From Octopus sinensis (taxonomy: Eukaryota): a stretch of DNA of 64,000 bases. The stretch's first letter is position 1. Each line of letters opens with the position of its first letter. Location of the stretch: contig NC_043004.1 of the NCBI RefSeq assembly GCF_006345805.1, forward strand, positions 62,248,001 through 62,312,000. Direction: 5' to 3'. A program made the translations under genes and the position numbers. Positions 39,673 through 52,330 of the stretch are shown piece by piece. Under the pieces are notes generated by a model. That model ran no database searches. It worked only from the letters and a program-made list of their open reading frames with translations, and was not told where the DNA came from.

Positions 39673-40200
39673 CTATATATACGAATATACATATATGTAT
39701 ATATATATTAATATATATGTATATATATATATATATATGTATATGTATGTATATATATATGTATATATATATATGTTTATATATATATATGTTATATATA
39801 TATATATATGTATATATATGTATGTATATATATATATATGTATATATATATCTATATATATATGTATACATATATTTGTATATATATATATACGTATATA
39901 TATATATATATATATGTATATGTATATTTATGTTTATGTATATATATATGTATATATGTATATGTGTATATATGTATATATATATGTATATATGTTTATA
40001 TGCATATATGTATATATGTATATATATATATGTATATATGCATATATGTATATATGTATATATATATACATATGTATATATGTTATATATATATATGTAT
40101 ATATATGTATATATATGTATATATATGTATGTATATATATATATATGTATATATATATCTATATATATATGTATACATATATTTGTATATATATATATAC

Positions 40201-40232
<32 letters not shown>

Positions 40233-40418
40233 GTATATTTATGTTTATGTATATATATATGTATATATGTATATGTGTATATATGTATATATATATGTAT
40301 ATATGTTTATATGCATATATGTATATATGTATATATATATGTATATATGCATATATGTATATATGTATATATATATACATATGTATATATGTTTATATAT
40401 ATATATATGTATATATGT

Positions 40419-40464
<46 letters not shown>

Positions 40465-40582
40465 GGTGGCCCAGCATGGCCACAGCTCGTGAGCTAAAAC
40501 TAGAATCAATCAATCAATCATATGTATATCTATATGTATATGTATATATGTATATGTATATGTATACATGCATATGTATATG

Positions 40583-40672
<90 letters not shown>
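39296..40672. repeat. ~1.4-kb interrupted (TA)n microsatellite with a short SINE 3'-end fragment at ~40462-40520
   Basis: Direct reading. GGCGGTGGCCCAGCATGGCCACAG resembles the SINE A 3' end GGTGGTGCTCCAGCATGGTCGCAG. Confidence 0.95.
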
Positions 40673-40675
<3 letters not shown>

Positions 40676-41943
40676 TGTTTTGTGTCAGTTTTTGTAAATC
40701 CTTTTTATGTTTATACATTTTATTTTCATTTCAAAGCCTTAATATGATTGAATTATTGATAAATTCAATAGCCCCATTAAGCCTTGATATCAAAAATGAT
40801 GTGCTTGATACCAAAAGTGAAAAGACATTCAACTGTGATAAAGCACAAGACATTGGAGGACACTAGTTTCCAGCAAATATATTATAATATTTTCTAATCA
40901 ATATCCGTCGTTTTAAGATTTCTCAGAACTCATCTTCTCAAGATCCTGAAAAAAATTCTTTTGTTTATTAATGAAAAGATGTATGAAAGTTACTTTGCAC
41001 AGGATAATTTTCCGATACTGGAAATCCTTTATGGTTTATCTACTGTCATTTGTATAATAGCATATATTGAAAGTATTTCACACTGTGCGTATGGAGCCGA
41101 TATCATCTATTTCAATATATTTAACCCTTCACGGCGGCTTTATTAATTAAAACAAGAAATTCAGTGTATTATTTTAAATTATGTATTTCAATTTACTTTT
41201 GAGAAAACTGAAATTATTCAAAAGAGACTCCATTTTATTGTACCTTTTTTCAAACTGTCTCTGTCATTCTAGCCTTTGTGCTTAACCCTTTTCTCTCTGT
41301 TCCTCTTGTATTTCTAGCCTTTATCTTTTCCCGTTTTTACTCTTTTCATCACTTCCCTTTTTCCTCTCTTATTCTGTCTTTCACTCTCCCTATCTCTTGT
41401 TGTCTTTCTGCTATGCCTGCTGCTGTCACGTGACCCGTGGCCTGATTTTTCCCTTTCTTACACTTCTCCCGTAGGTGATCACTCACAAATTCTCTATCCC
41501 GTCGTTCTCTATACTTTAGAATATCTTCTAAGCGTTACCGACTATTATTGTCTTCTTGACCCCTATGGCCGTACTTTTTACACGTCTGTTCGGCTTTGTG
41601 CACTGCCTAAATCAAACTCTGTGTTATTTTGCTTTATTTTTGTCTACTCTGCGCCCTGAAATCTCCGCTAAAAATTGGGTGGAGCCACCGCCATTATGAG
41701 AAACCCTGAGTCTTACCATTAATGGTAGAATAATGAGTATTACAAATTGGCTGATAACTGCTGGAGAATTAGGAAGCTTCTGTGTTTGTCTTCATTTCTG
41801 TTGTACACTCAGTATACGTTATGTGATTTGTTTATTTACTATATATATATATATATGTAGAGAGAGACAGACAGATAAATGCTATGCACACAAGCGCATA
41901 TATATACATATATGTGTGTGTGTGTATATATATTTATATATAT

Positions 41944-42325
41944 ACTAGCAGTATCGCCCAGCGTTGCTCAGGTTTGTAAGGGAAATAACTATAAAGCATT
42001 TTTAGAGTTATAGCCAAAAAATAGCAAAAAAATGGGAAAAAAATGATGGTAAATGTTTTTTGAGAGTTAAAAAAGGTCGGGTTGCGTCCCCATAGACAGT
42101 CTGTGGTTTGTGTTTCTGATTCTCGACCCCATGTCGAATTTATCGATTTTTTTCAGAACTGGGGGAACTTTTCAAAATTTTCGCTGCGTTAGTTTTGAAT
42201 TATGACATTGGGCTATGTGTGTGTCAAGTTTCATCAGAATCGGTTGAAAGCCGTGGTCAGGGTGAGGGTACAACCAAACAGACACACAGAAACACACACA
42301 GACAAACTGCCGTTTATATATAGAG
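41944..42325 (+). mobile_element. Non-autonomous Helitron-like element (Lep1/HINE-type architecture)
   Basis: Starts ACTAGCAGTATCGCCCAGCGTTGCTCAGG (degenerate hairpin) after a TA tract. Has CAAGTTTCATCAGAATCGGTTG and an ACAGACA-rich end followed by TTTATATATAG. Confidence 0.55.
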
Positions 42326-42359
42326 TGATATGTATGTGTGTGTGTGTGTGTGTATCTCT

Positions 42360-42700
42360 CATATAAAATCGGTTCTGTCTGTCTGTGAGTGTGGCTTCTA
42401 GTATCTCGGGCATCCTTCATTCGATTGCACTCAAATTTGATATGTAGATACCGTCGGTATCAGGGTGTGTACACGTCTTGAAAGAAATTACAAAAATTGA
42501 TTCCAGGTAAAAATGCGATTGATAAAGCCAAGGGAAATCGTTTTTCTTTGGAATAGAAAAAAATGTATCTTTATTTCTTCTTTTGCTGGTGTCTTAAATT
42601 TAGGTTAAATAAGTGTTTCTCAAAGGGGTGGCCTATGGTACGGTCGGACACGCTGTTTTGAGAAAATTTGGTTTAGATGTTTGACAACTCAGCACCGTCC
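42360..42700 (-). mobile_element. Second Lep1-like non-autonomous element, opposite orientation
   Basis: Minus strand: CAAATTTGAGTGCAATCG...ACAGACAGACAGAACCGATTTTATAT, the same 3' architecture. Confidence 0.4.
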
Positions 42701-43079
42701 ATTATATATATGTATATATATTGTTTTATGCGCTTCAGCCCAAACACTACGACTTAGACTGTTTTATCTCATTTTCGACAGTCATTCTTTTGTGGTTTGC
42801 CTCTGATGAACGAAGAAATTCGATATTGTTGCCGTGTCTTCAGTTCGTTGCTATAGTGTAGGTTCATCTGGGACCTATGACTGCAGGTGATCAAGTTGTT
42901 TATTGAACATATCTACCCATACTCCATGTACATCACTGAGATGTTATGCCAATGTATAACTGTGGGCCTTTGAATTATTGCAGTATATGTTCATCATTTT
43001 AGGAGGAGCTTTGAAAAATTGTAGTGACGTGCCACCCGGTGGCATGTACAGCTCTTGATGCCAAAGCTTTCAAAATCTA

Positions 43080-43855
43080 TACGATCTTCTATATATTTAT
43101 CACAGCATATCTGTCCCATCTTTTCATCTCATCCATAATAAAGCTTAACTGCATTATTGATGCAAACGTTCTTGTGTAGCATCCTCGAAATGCATCAAGT
43201 TCTGCATATAATTTGGAACAGTGGATCGGATAAAAATTGAGAGCAGTAGTCCAGAAACCTAATGATAAAAGTCCTCCATGGAAGTAACATAGTTCCCTTT
43301 TCCGGAAATTACACAAAATCCATCCCACCAGTCGCCTGAAGATTTACATGATTTTAGTGATATGTGCATGAAACGATCCTTTTTTACTGATAATAATGCG
43401 TGATTCATGCACTGTACTTAAATTAGTGATTATCGCTCCGTTTAGTCGTCTAAAGCATCTTTGCTGCCATATGCTAGCACAATCTGGCTGATAGCGGAGG
43501 GGTCGAAATTAAAATGCATGTTGATTTATTTTCATTTCAGGTCATTTGTGCAAAGTATCCTTCTGCATAAGATTATCATCGAAAGTTTCCTTTACCGCTC
43601 ATACTATACTAGTGTTGTTGGCATAGCTAATACGTCCGGCTCTCTAATTGATGGCATGGCCAAAGTGATACTATAAACGGTAGAGGCCCCAATACACTTC
43701 CGTAAGGAACTCCACTTGCTACTGCTATCTGCTTGAAGAAGGTCCCATCGATTTCTACGGCCTAGTTTGTGTCTTTTAAGAAGTCAGGCAACTACTTTCC
43801 CAATGTTCTGCCTATGCCGAACCACCGTAGCTTTTGACATATCATCACATTCGTA
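43080..43855 (-). mobile_element. CR1-like LINE RT fragment
   Basis: Minus strand: LRWFGIG..LGK*L.DFLKD...AVEIDG...VASGVPYGSVLGPLPFIV, then SYANNT (SYADDT-like). Left boundary is uncertain. Confidence 0.7.
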
Positions 43856-43859
43856 TATT

Positions 43860-44005
43860 TATGTACTTTATTTACATTTGGCAGATACTTGTCCTTATTT
43901 TGTTTGTTGTTAACACAACGTTTTGGCTGATATGCCCTCCGGCCTTCATCGGGTTTCTTGAGGAAACTTCGAACCTGGGTCCTCATTCCTAAGGTATTTA
44001 TCGAT
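43860..44005 (-). mobile_element. PLE pLTR relic with mutated hammerhead core
   Basis: Minus strand: CCGATGA-AGGCCGGAGGGCATATCAGCC-AAAACGTT-GTGT; the CTGATGA and GAAA boxes each carry a substitution. Confidence 0.5.
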
Positions 44006-44262
<257 letters not shown>

Positions 44263-45320
44263 CTATGTTTGACTTTTGCTTTATGTCTGTACAAGTTGGC
44301 TCCAAGTCTCACCCAAAGACCTCAAGAGACAACAGGGTAGAAGTTATGTGCCATATATTTGGGTTTTTTTTTTCCATTTATCTATCTTTTTTTTTGGTGT
44401 TGTACTAGTGAATGTCTAATACATAAAAAAAATTTTTTTTAAATAAAAAAATAAAAATAAATAAAAAAAGATTTTAAAAAAGGTTGTTTTAAACCTTGGG
44501 ATTACATAGAGAGTATTTTGCGTAGGATATGAGCAGTTCTCATGAGCACTATCTTTTGAATTTCTGCCATTTTGGGGTTTCCTGGTATCTGAGTTAGGTA
44601 GCAATCAGTCCCTTTCGCTATCATTCCCAGGGCACCTATGACAACAGGTATTGTTTTGGTCTTCAGCTTCCACATTTTGCTGATTTCTATTTCAAGATCT
44701 TTATATTTGCTCAGTTTTTGGTAGGTCTTGTCAGATACGTTTATATCGATTGGGACAGTCATATCAATGAGGAGGCATGTTCTTTGTCTGAAGTCTTTCA
44801 ATATGATGTCTGGCCTATTTGCATCTATCTTTCTGTCAGTTTGAATGGTGAAGTTCCAGAGGAGTGAGATGTGGTTATTTTCAAGCACAGGAGGTGGATT
44901 GTGTTCCCACCAGTTTTTTTCATGGGGCAAATCCAGGTTTTTGCAAATTACCCAGTGAATATATTGTGCTGCTCTATCATGCCTACTGAGGTACTCTGTA
45001 GGCGCTAGAAGACTGCATTTGGAGACAACATGGTCAATGGTTTCATTTTGTTGTCGGCATACACGACATGTTGGGCTACTGCCGTTCTTTAATATGTTGG
45101 CCTGGTAGTTTCTTGTTGGTAGGCATTGATCTTGAGCTGCTATGATAAACCCCTCTGTTTCAGATTTTAAGCCAGAGGCCATTAGCCATTGATGGGTCAG
45201 GGCTTTGTCGATATCTGCATTATTCGCTCTCTTTGGGTATTTGCCATAGAGAGGTTTTTCTTGCCATTTATTATTCAGAATATCTAAGGCCGCAGTTTTG
45301 GCACGGGTTTTCATGCGCCT
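44263..45320 (-). mobile_element. Young 5'-truncated R4/Dong-type LINE, copy 1 of tandem pair
   Basis: Uninterrupted C-terminal ORF plus 3' UTR running into (TAA)n; the 5' end also abuts (TAA)n. Confidence 0.95.
44502..45314 (-). CDS. C-terminal part of an R4-clade ORF: CCHC zinc knuckle + restriction-like endonuclease (270 aa, no RT)
   Basis: CRVCRQQNETIDHVVSKC; RHDRAAQYIHW; RPDIILKD...LIDMTVP...KLSKYKDL (PD-D-K RLE); IGALG. The Met is internal to the ancestral ORF and expression is not shown. Confidence 0.8.
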   Translation of the reverse strand: MKTRAKTAALDILNNKWQEKPLYGKYPKRANNADIDKALTHQWLMASGLKSETEGFIIAAQDQCLPTRNYQANILKNGSSPTCRVCRQQNETIDHVVSKCSLLAPTEYLSRHDRAAQYIHWVICKNLDLPHEKNWWEHNPPPVLENNHISLLWNFTIQTDRKIDANRPDIILKDFRQRTCLLIDMTVPIDINVSDKTYQKLSKYKDLEIEISKMWKLKTKTIPVVIGALGMIAKGTDCYLTQIPGNPKMAEIQKIVLMRTAHILRKILSM

Positions 45321-45427
45321 ATTATTATTATTATTATTATTATATTATTATTATTATTATTATATTATTATTATATTATTATTATTATTATTTTTATTAT
45401 TATTATTATTTTATTATTATTATTATA

Positions 45428-45476
<49 letters not shown>

Positions 45477-45477
<1 letters not shown>

Positions 45478-46531
45478 TATGTTTGACTTTTGCTTTATGT
45501 CTGTACAAGTTGGCTCCAAGTCTCACCCAAGACCTCAAGAGACAACAGGTTAGAAGTTATGTGCCATATATTTGGGTTTTTTTTTTCCATTTATCTATCT
45601 TTTTTTTGGTGTTGTACTAGTGAATGTCTAATACATAAAAAAAATTTTTTTAAATAAAAAAATAAAAATAAATAAAAAAAGATTTTAAAAAAGGTTGTTT
45701 TAAACCTTGGGATTACATAGAGAGTATTTTGCGTAGGATATGAGCAGTTCTCATGAGCACTATCTTTTGAATTTCTGCCATTTTGGGGTTTCCTGGTATC
45801 TGAGTTAGGTAGCAATCAGTCCCTTTCGCTATCATTCCCAGGGCACCTATGACAACAGGTATTGTTTTGGTCTTCAGCTTCCACATTTTGCTGATTTCTA
45901 TTTCAAGATCTTTATATTTGCTCAGTTTTTGGTAGGTCTTGTCAGATACGTTTATATCGATTGGGACAGTCATATCAATGAGGAGGCATGTTCTTTGTCT
46001 GAAGTCTTTCAATATGATGTCTGGCCTATTTGCATCTATCTTTCTGTCAGTTTGAATGGTGAAGTTCCAGAGGAGTGAGATGTGGTTATTTTCAAGCACA
46101 GGAGGTGGATTGTGTTCCCACCAGTTTTTTTCATGGGGCAAATCCAGGTTTTTGCAAATTACCCAGTGAATATATTGTGCTGCTCTATCATGCCTACTGA
46201 GGTACTCTGTAGGCGCTAGAAGACTGCATTTGGAGACAACATGGTCAATGGTTTCATTTTGTTGTCGGCATACACGACATGTTGGGCTACTGCCGTTCTT
46301 TAATATGTTGGCCTGGTAGTTTCTTGTTGGTAGGCATTGATCTTGAGCTGCTATGATAAACCCCTCTGTTTCAGATTTTAAGCCAGAGGCCATTAGCCAT
46401 TGATGGGTCAGGGCTTTGTCGATATCTGCATTATTCGCTCTCTTTGGGTATTTGCCATAGAGAGGTTTTTCTTGCCATTTATTATTCAGAATATCTAAGG
46501 CCGCAGTTTTGGCACGGGTTTTCATGCGCCT
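45477..46531 (-). mobile_element. Young 5'-truncated R4/Dong-type LINE, copy 2 of tandem pair
   Basis: Same truncation point and identical translated 270-aa ORF as copy 1; offset ~1211 bp. Confidence 0.95.
45713..46525 (-). CDS. Duplicate CCHC + RLE ORF (270 aa)
   Basis: Protein identical to 44502..45314 in the ORF track. Confidence 0.8.
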   Translation of the reverse strand: MKTRAKTAALDILNNKWQEKPLYGKYPKRANNADIDKALTHQWLMASGLKSETEGFIIAAQDQCLPTRNYQANILKNGSSPTCRVCRQQNETIDHVVSKCSLLAPTEYLSRHDRAAQYIHWVICKNLDLPHEKNWWEHNPPPVLENNHISLLWNFTIQTDRKIDANRPDIILKDFRQRTCLLIDMTVPIDINVSDKTYQKLSKYKDLEIEISKMWKLKTKTIPVVIGALGMIAKGTDCYLTQIPGNPKMAEIQKIVLMRTAHILRKILSM

Positions 46532-46584
46532 ATTATTATTATTATTATTATTATATTATTATTATTATTATTATATTATTATTA

Positions 46585-46638
<54 letters not shown>

Positions 46639-46672
46639 CATTATTATTGTTATTATTATTATTATTATTATT

Positions 46673-46733
46673 CATGTCACTGCTTGGAATCGAACTCGGA
46701 ATCTTGGGGTTAGTAACCCACGCTCTTAACCAC
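46673..46733 (-). mobile_element. Very short tRNA-derived SINE-like insert followed by (TAA)n
   Basis: Minus strand: GTGGTTAAGAGCGTGGGTTACTAACCCCAAGATTCCGAGTTCGATTCCAAGCAGTGACATG, then AATAATAAT...; perfect B-box GTTCGATTCC. Confidence 0.6.
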
Positions 46734-46734
46734 A

Positions 46735-46945
46735 TCATCGAAAGTTTCCTTTACTGGTCATAATGTATTAGTGTCGTTGGCATAGCTAATAAGTTAGGCT
46801 GTCTGATTGATGGCATGGTCAAAGTGTTACTACAAACTGCAGAGGCCCCAAGACACTTCCGTAAGAAACTCCACTTGCTACTGTTGTCTGCTTGGAGAGG
46901 GCTTCATCGATTTCTACAGCCTAGTTTCTGTCTTTTAAGAAAGTT
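46735..46945 (-). mobile_element. CR1-like RT fragment, second copy
   Basis: Aligns with 43575-43785 (ATCATCGAAAGTTTCCTTTAC...GAGGCCCCAA.ACACTTCCGTAAG.AACTCCACTTGCTACTG). Confidence 0.7.
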
Positions 46946-47934
46946 AGAGAGAAGAAAGCAGAAGTAGTCAGGAAAAGAAGCGAGACGAGATGAGACAAAG
47001 AAAGCGATTGATCGATGTAAATGGAAATGTAGAGGAAGAGTTCGAAAAATGATATGAAGATGAGAGAAAGAGAGAGATAAATCTATATAAAGAGATATGG
47101 ATTGAGGAATTGAAGTCGTGAAAGAGAAGTTAATGTAGAAATAATAGAGGATGTGTGCAGAAGAGATACATAGGGGAAGGCGAGAAGATAAGAAATAGTG
47201 AGTGCAATAGAGAAACAGATCATTGTAAATATAAATAAATATAAAGAGACAACGTTAACCGGACTGGTAGTTGAGACCACAATAGTGTAGAGTATTTATT
47301 CACTTATTCTAAACTCTCGGTACCTCCCATTAACAAATTTATCATTACAGACGTAATTTAGATAACATTTTTGATGAACAGACATAGTCTCGCGTTTGTG
47401 TTTGAAATTACATTAAGAATTCTACTACGAAGTTAAACACTGAAAAGATTGATTCGCACGTGTCAGTTTGTCAACTTAATCGAATAGTTGAACCTAATGT
47501 CGACTAATACAATATGAATGATTATTAATATTGATACTTCAAGGGTGATTTATATTTCCCATTAGATATAGAAATAAAACTGATAATATATGAATAGCAC
47601 ATTGTCTTTGATTGAGTGTATACATGACAATGTATCTGATATAATGATACACGTTCGATTGGATATACAACTGTAGAAATCCAAAAACAGGAAATTAAAA
47701 CTGTAAAAAAAACAATTATAAATCTATTAATCAACTATAAATCTATTATAAAATATATTCTTTAGAGCTGGTATGCGTAGTAAATATAAATGGAAAACAT
47801 AAAAATGCTGAAAGACATGATGATTAACCTAAATTTGTTTAAAGCCAACAAACAAAAACAGTGGCTGAACTAATAAAAGCATGGAAGGAGAGAAAATAAA
47901 AGCAATAATTAGCAAATGACCTGCATCTTTCTTC

Positions 47935-48300
47935 TTAGATCAAGAATCCTCCGATGAACGTGAAGGCCATGTCCCCAGAGTGCAATCTAAAAGTTCCTAT
48001 CAGAAATAAACGGCTGCATGTATTCTGACTGGCTTCCTAAGTGAGGCCAACCGAGGTTAAGAATATCGTATAATCGCCTTGATCGTGGTCCAGTCCTACG
48101 TCTCCGGCCGTTTGGTGTTGCTCGTGAAATCTGTCCTTCGAGTCTTTCTGCAGACGCGCTAAATAGATTCCCGTGGCACAGTAAATGTTTTACTTGCAGC
48201 TGATATGGCTTTCTGATGTGCGTGCTATGCACCCGATCACGCAAACGTGTTTCTGTGACCCTTTGGAGGAATTCCATTTCGGCGGCTTCTATTCCTGATA
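47935..48300 (-). mobile_element. RTE-clade LINE 3' fragment
   Basis: MEFLQRVTETRLRDRVHSTHIR...GRRRRTGPRSRRLYDI.NLGW matches the RTE C-terminal pattern M.FLRR..G.TLRDR.RS..IR...GRP.TRW. Confidence 0.65.
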
Positions 48301-50264
48301 GTAATCATTTGGTCTGTAATCAATACAGACAACTGTTTGTAACGTGAAGCATAATAACCAAATTGAAAATAGCGAGTTAGATTTTTCATTCCCTACGCCG
48401 CATTAACAAATACAAAGAAAAATAAGAAAATATAGAAAATATACCCTCAGTTCTAGTCGCTAAGAAGATAACTGATTGCTTAACCCGATAGTAATTCAAG
48501 TTCACATCCATCTGAACAGAAAATATTGAAACGTGCGTGATAAAGCATAGACTATTGCTTTTATATATTTGAATTTCCAGGTGTCATGGTTGCTTGACAA
48601 ATTCTGCCTCATGTTTCCTAGGTCTCATGTTGGTAACAGACATTCATGGGATGATAGCTTAATTTTCAAACAAAACATACTTCGATAAATGTAATGGTTA
48701 AATGAATCTATTTTCGAGTAGATTACGCAAGTCTTTAGCAAATAAATCGACGCCATTCTTGCGAGTTATTACTCTTCAATGAGACAAAGTATTTTCGATA
48801 AAATCAAGAAATTACATGCATTTTTCTACACAATGATCATATGTCATTATCTCTTAGGAATATATATCACTATGCCTGTTCTAAATAGACCAATATCTAT
48901 TGTTTTAATTTATGTTATTTGTATCAATCTCAATGAGAATGTCTAATAATCCCTGTTTCTAGAATGTATTTTCATAATAACGATTGTATGCCAAAAATAT
49001 ACTAGAGTATATATAATAGCCTTCATATATATTGTTTTAATTCCACACGTTTCTATAGATATTCTATTTTAGCTTTTGTCTCTTATTGATTTTGAATAAC
49101 GTACTGACATAAAACACTCAAGGTTCGCAGAATATACAGAATAAATACACACACTGCAAACAAATGTTGAAATATATACAAATATATCACACGCGATATA
49201 TGAATATATATTTGTTTCATGTGCACATACCGATCAACAGAAATCGAAGTATGTATAAGTTATACAATCTCATTACGTGCACAAATATACGTAACGGCGT
49301 ATTGTATTAATACATACATAAACACAGTTATGTAGTTATCTGCATCGATGTGTTTCAATGGTGCACAAAGATCGGAGGCTTTCATCTCTCCATTAGAACA
49401 CAGACTCACTCTTTCCTACTAACTTGTTTCATTCTGCAATTGGTGGTAAACATCAGTTAGCATATTTGATTGATAGTATGCCTGACATTACTATTTCAGA
49501 AGAGTTGGAGTCGATAAAGATCATGACATAATGTTGACGTTATTATTTCCTCTCTGTCAGATTTTGAATTCAAATCAAGCTGAAGTGAACTTCGTCTTTT
49601 AGCATTAACCCTTAATCAGAAAGCAATTCATATTCAGATACATCACCCCCTTGATTCCAATCTCACCGAGGTTATCTGCACGTTTGGCCAGTTAGCAGTG
49701 GAGAGAAAAGTATCAATTAAGAGAAACTGAATTTCAATGATAGAACATCTGAACTAACGAGTTGCCGTATTTGTTTGCGCTCTTTCCATTCTGAAATTTA
49801 AAAAATCGAATTGCTATCGCTAGGCAATTCAGAAAGGCTGTATGTATGAAAGTCTCCATGGGCTTCGCCAGTGGAGTGCAGTAAAACGAAAGGCAACTTT
49901 TATGCCTGTCCTAAATGCTTCAATCCCCGGAATTTCGTTAAAGGCATATTGTTTTAGGAGGTGGTGTTAAACTACGTGACGAAACTTTCATATGTACAGC
50001 CCATCTCAATAAACGCTTTTAAGAATCTAATTTTTTACTGTGTTCCAGCATTTGTGTGTATCTCCCCATATTTCAAAATTTATTGCTTGCTCTTCCTTTC
50101 TCTCTCCTTCTCTTTCTCCGTCTCTCTTTCTCCCTTTCTCTCTCCCTCTCCTGCTTGCTTTATATAGTTATCTACTATATCCTATCGTACTTTCGGCATT
50201 TGTTGTTGACGCCAGCAATAATTCAATCAACTCAGTGCTAAAAGCAAACATTTACACACACACA

Positions 50265-50295
<31 letters not shown>

Positions 50296-50298
50296 CAC

Positions 50299-50347
<49 letters not shown>

Positions 50348-50897
50348 CTGAAATTCCTCTTTTCTGTTACTATATATATATGCATACACATACACAATGT
50401 CAATTTATTCTTTAAATGTTTGTCTGACATTTGGCATTTCATGTGTTTTGCTTATTATACTGCAACCCGAAATAAAATTGCATCATTAGACCTCATAACA
50501 CTATTATCAGCATAGCAGTTAGTTTTGAATTTCGTTTCATTCCACAGATAAACTACACAAAGTAAATTTTCCAAAACTACGCTCAAATATCAATGCACAG
50601 AATGGATTTTCATCTATCTCGAGAAATTTCTATATCAGTATTTGCTATACTCGTCTGTAATTTAATATTTGTTTTTGTTTTTTTCTCCTCTCATTACGGT
50701 ATTCCTATTTATTTAGCGTGGGAGTCGCTACACACGATATTTTATCCTGCCTCTTGTCAGATATTTTCTGTGAATTGTGTCGATGCAATGTTATTTTCAC
50801 GTTATTTTCTCCCGTCTTTGAAAAAAAAATATTCATAGATTCTCAGTCCATTTCCTCGGATTGTTGGCGAAAAATATAAATAATTGAAAATGAACTA

Positions 50898-50925
50898 CTA
50901 CTGCTAGTACTACTACTACTACTAT

Positions 50926-50963
<38 letters not shown>

Positions 50964-50987
50964 ATAATAATAATAATAATAATAATG

Positions 50988-51019
<32 letters not shown>

Positions 51020-51278
51020 ATTAATAATAATAATAATAATAATGATAATAATGATAAAAATAATAATAATAATAATGATAATAATAATAATGATAATAAT
51101 GATAAAAATAATGATAATAATAATAATTATAATAATGATAAAAATAATAATAATAATAATAATGATAATAATAATAATAATAATAATGATAATAATGATA
51201 AAAATAATAATAATAATAATAATAATAATGATAAAAATAATAATAATAATGATAATAATAATAATAATAATAATAATA

Positions 51279-51320
<42 letters not shown>

Positions 51321-51345
51321 CATTATTAATATCATCATCATCATT
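50898..51345. repeat. (CTA)n + (TAA)n microsatellite with periodic GATAAAAATA variants
   Basis: Direct reading. Confidence 0.95.
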
Positions 51346-51815
51346 ATTACAGCCGTCTTAGAGAGGGCGGAGGTATTATTTTCATTCGTGTTTGTTTGTC
51401 CGTTGACAAGATAACTTGAGAACCGCTTGATGAATTCGGATGAAACATTCAGGGGTGTTTAGTTTTGTGACTGGCACAAACTGATTGAGAAAACTGCCCC
51501 CGTTCCCACTGCAGAGGATACACACACACACAGCATTACAAACACGCACCCCCACACATTCACCTTCACAGTCCACGATTACTATTGTGATACGTCAGAT
51601 ACAGGACAAGGATTGTGGATAATTTTTCCGGGGTTTTTTTTTTTACCTTTTCGAGAACGGCCAGGTTTATTTTTAGTATTCTCGTTTCTCAGAGCAGTGA
51701 ATTAATTTTAGTTATTCTCATTTCAAAAATTATTTCCAGCTAATAGTAGAGAGGATCTTGGTGTTGCTTTGGTGGAGGCTTCCACTGTCTGTGTGGTCTT
51801 GTTGTTGTTGCTGCT
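51346..51815 (+). mobile_element. Probable non-autonomous DNA element (GGCGGAGG subterminal motifs)
   Basis: GGCGGAGGTATTATTTTCATTCGTGTTTGTTTGTCC...GAATTCGGATGAAACATTC...CTTTGGTGGAGG. Resembles Crypton/Helitron-type non-autonomous repeats from recall only. Confidence 0.3.
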
Positions 51816-51889
51816 GCTGCTGTTGCTGTTGTTGTTGTATCTGCATAACACGGTGTAGGCAAAAATTTAGTCACAATTTAGTCACAATA

Positions 51890-52330
51890 AGGAACTAAGA
51901 CAAATAATACTTTCCTTTAAGATGTATGCTGTGTCCAATAAAGCTGCTTTTTGCAAGACGTCAATCTTGCATGGGATTTCCAGTTGCCTGAAGAAGTCTT
52001 GAAGTTTCAATGGAATTGAGCCCAACGCTCCGATAGCCACTGGTATCAGTTTTACGGGCAGATGTCCACGCCAGATGTTGGTAAACATGGTTACATACCA
52101 TCCGAAGCCACCTAAATGGTGGTATTTAAAATTTCGTACTATTGATCTGAAATTGTTGAGTAAATTGCCCTGCCTGCAAGCGGGGGTCCAGCCCACGTAT
52201 ATCACATTACTTATTCTGCCTAAGGCCGTAGTAATTGAATGGAGGAAAGTAAGCGGCGCTAATAAATTATCCTTTTAAAATACAAGTGTTCCCCTCCTTC
52301 TTCCCAGTTCTAGGAGTATATAGTTTTGTT
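51890..52330 (-). mobile_element. R4-type LINE 3' fragment (family 2-like)
   Basis: VKLIPVAIGALGSIP...IPCKIDVLQKAALLDTAYILK; thumb-like remnant (EEGG..L) near 52290. Confidence 0.7.

Noticed and set aside
40740-41150. Possible CR1 RT remnant (GADIIYFNIF resembling D.IYLDF)
   Set aside because: Too degenerate to support as a feature.
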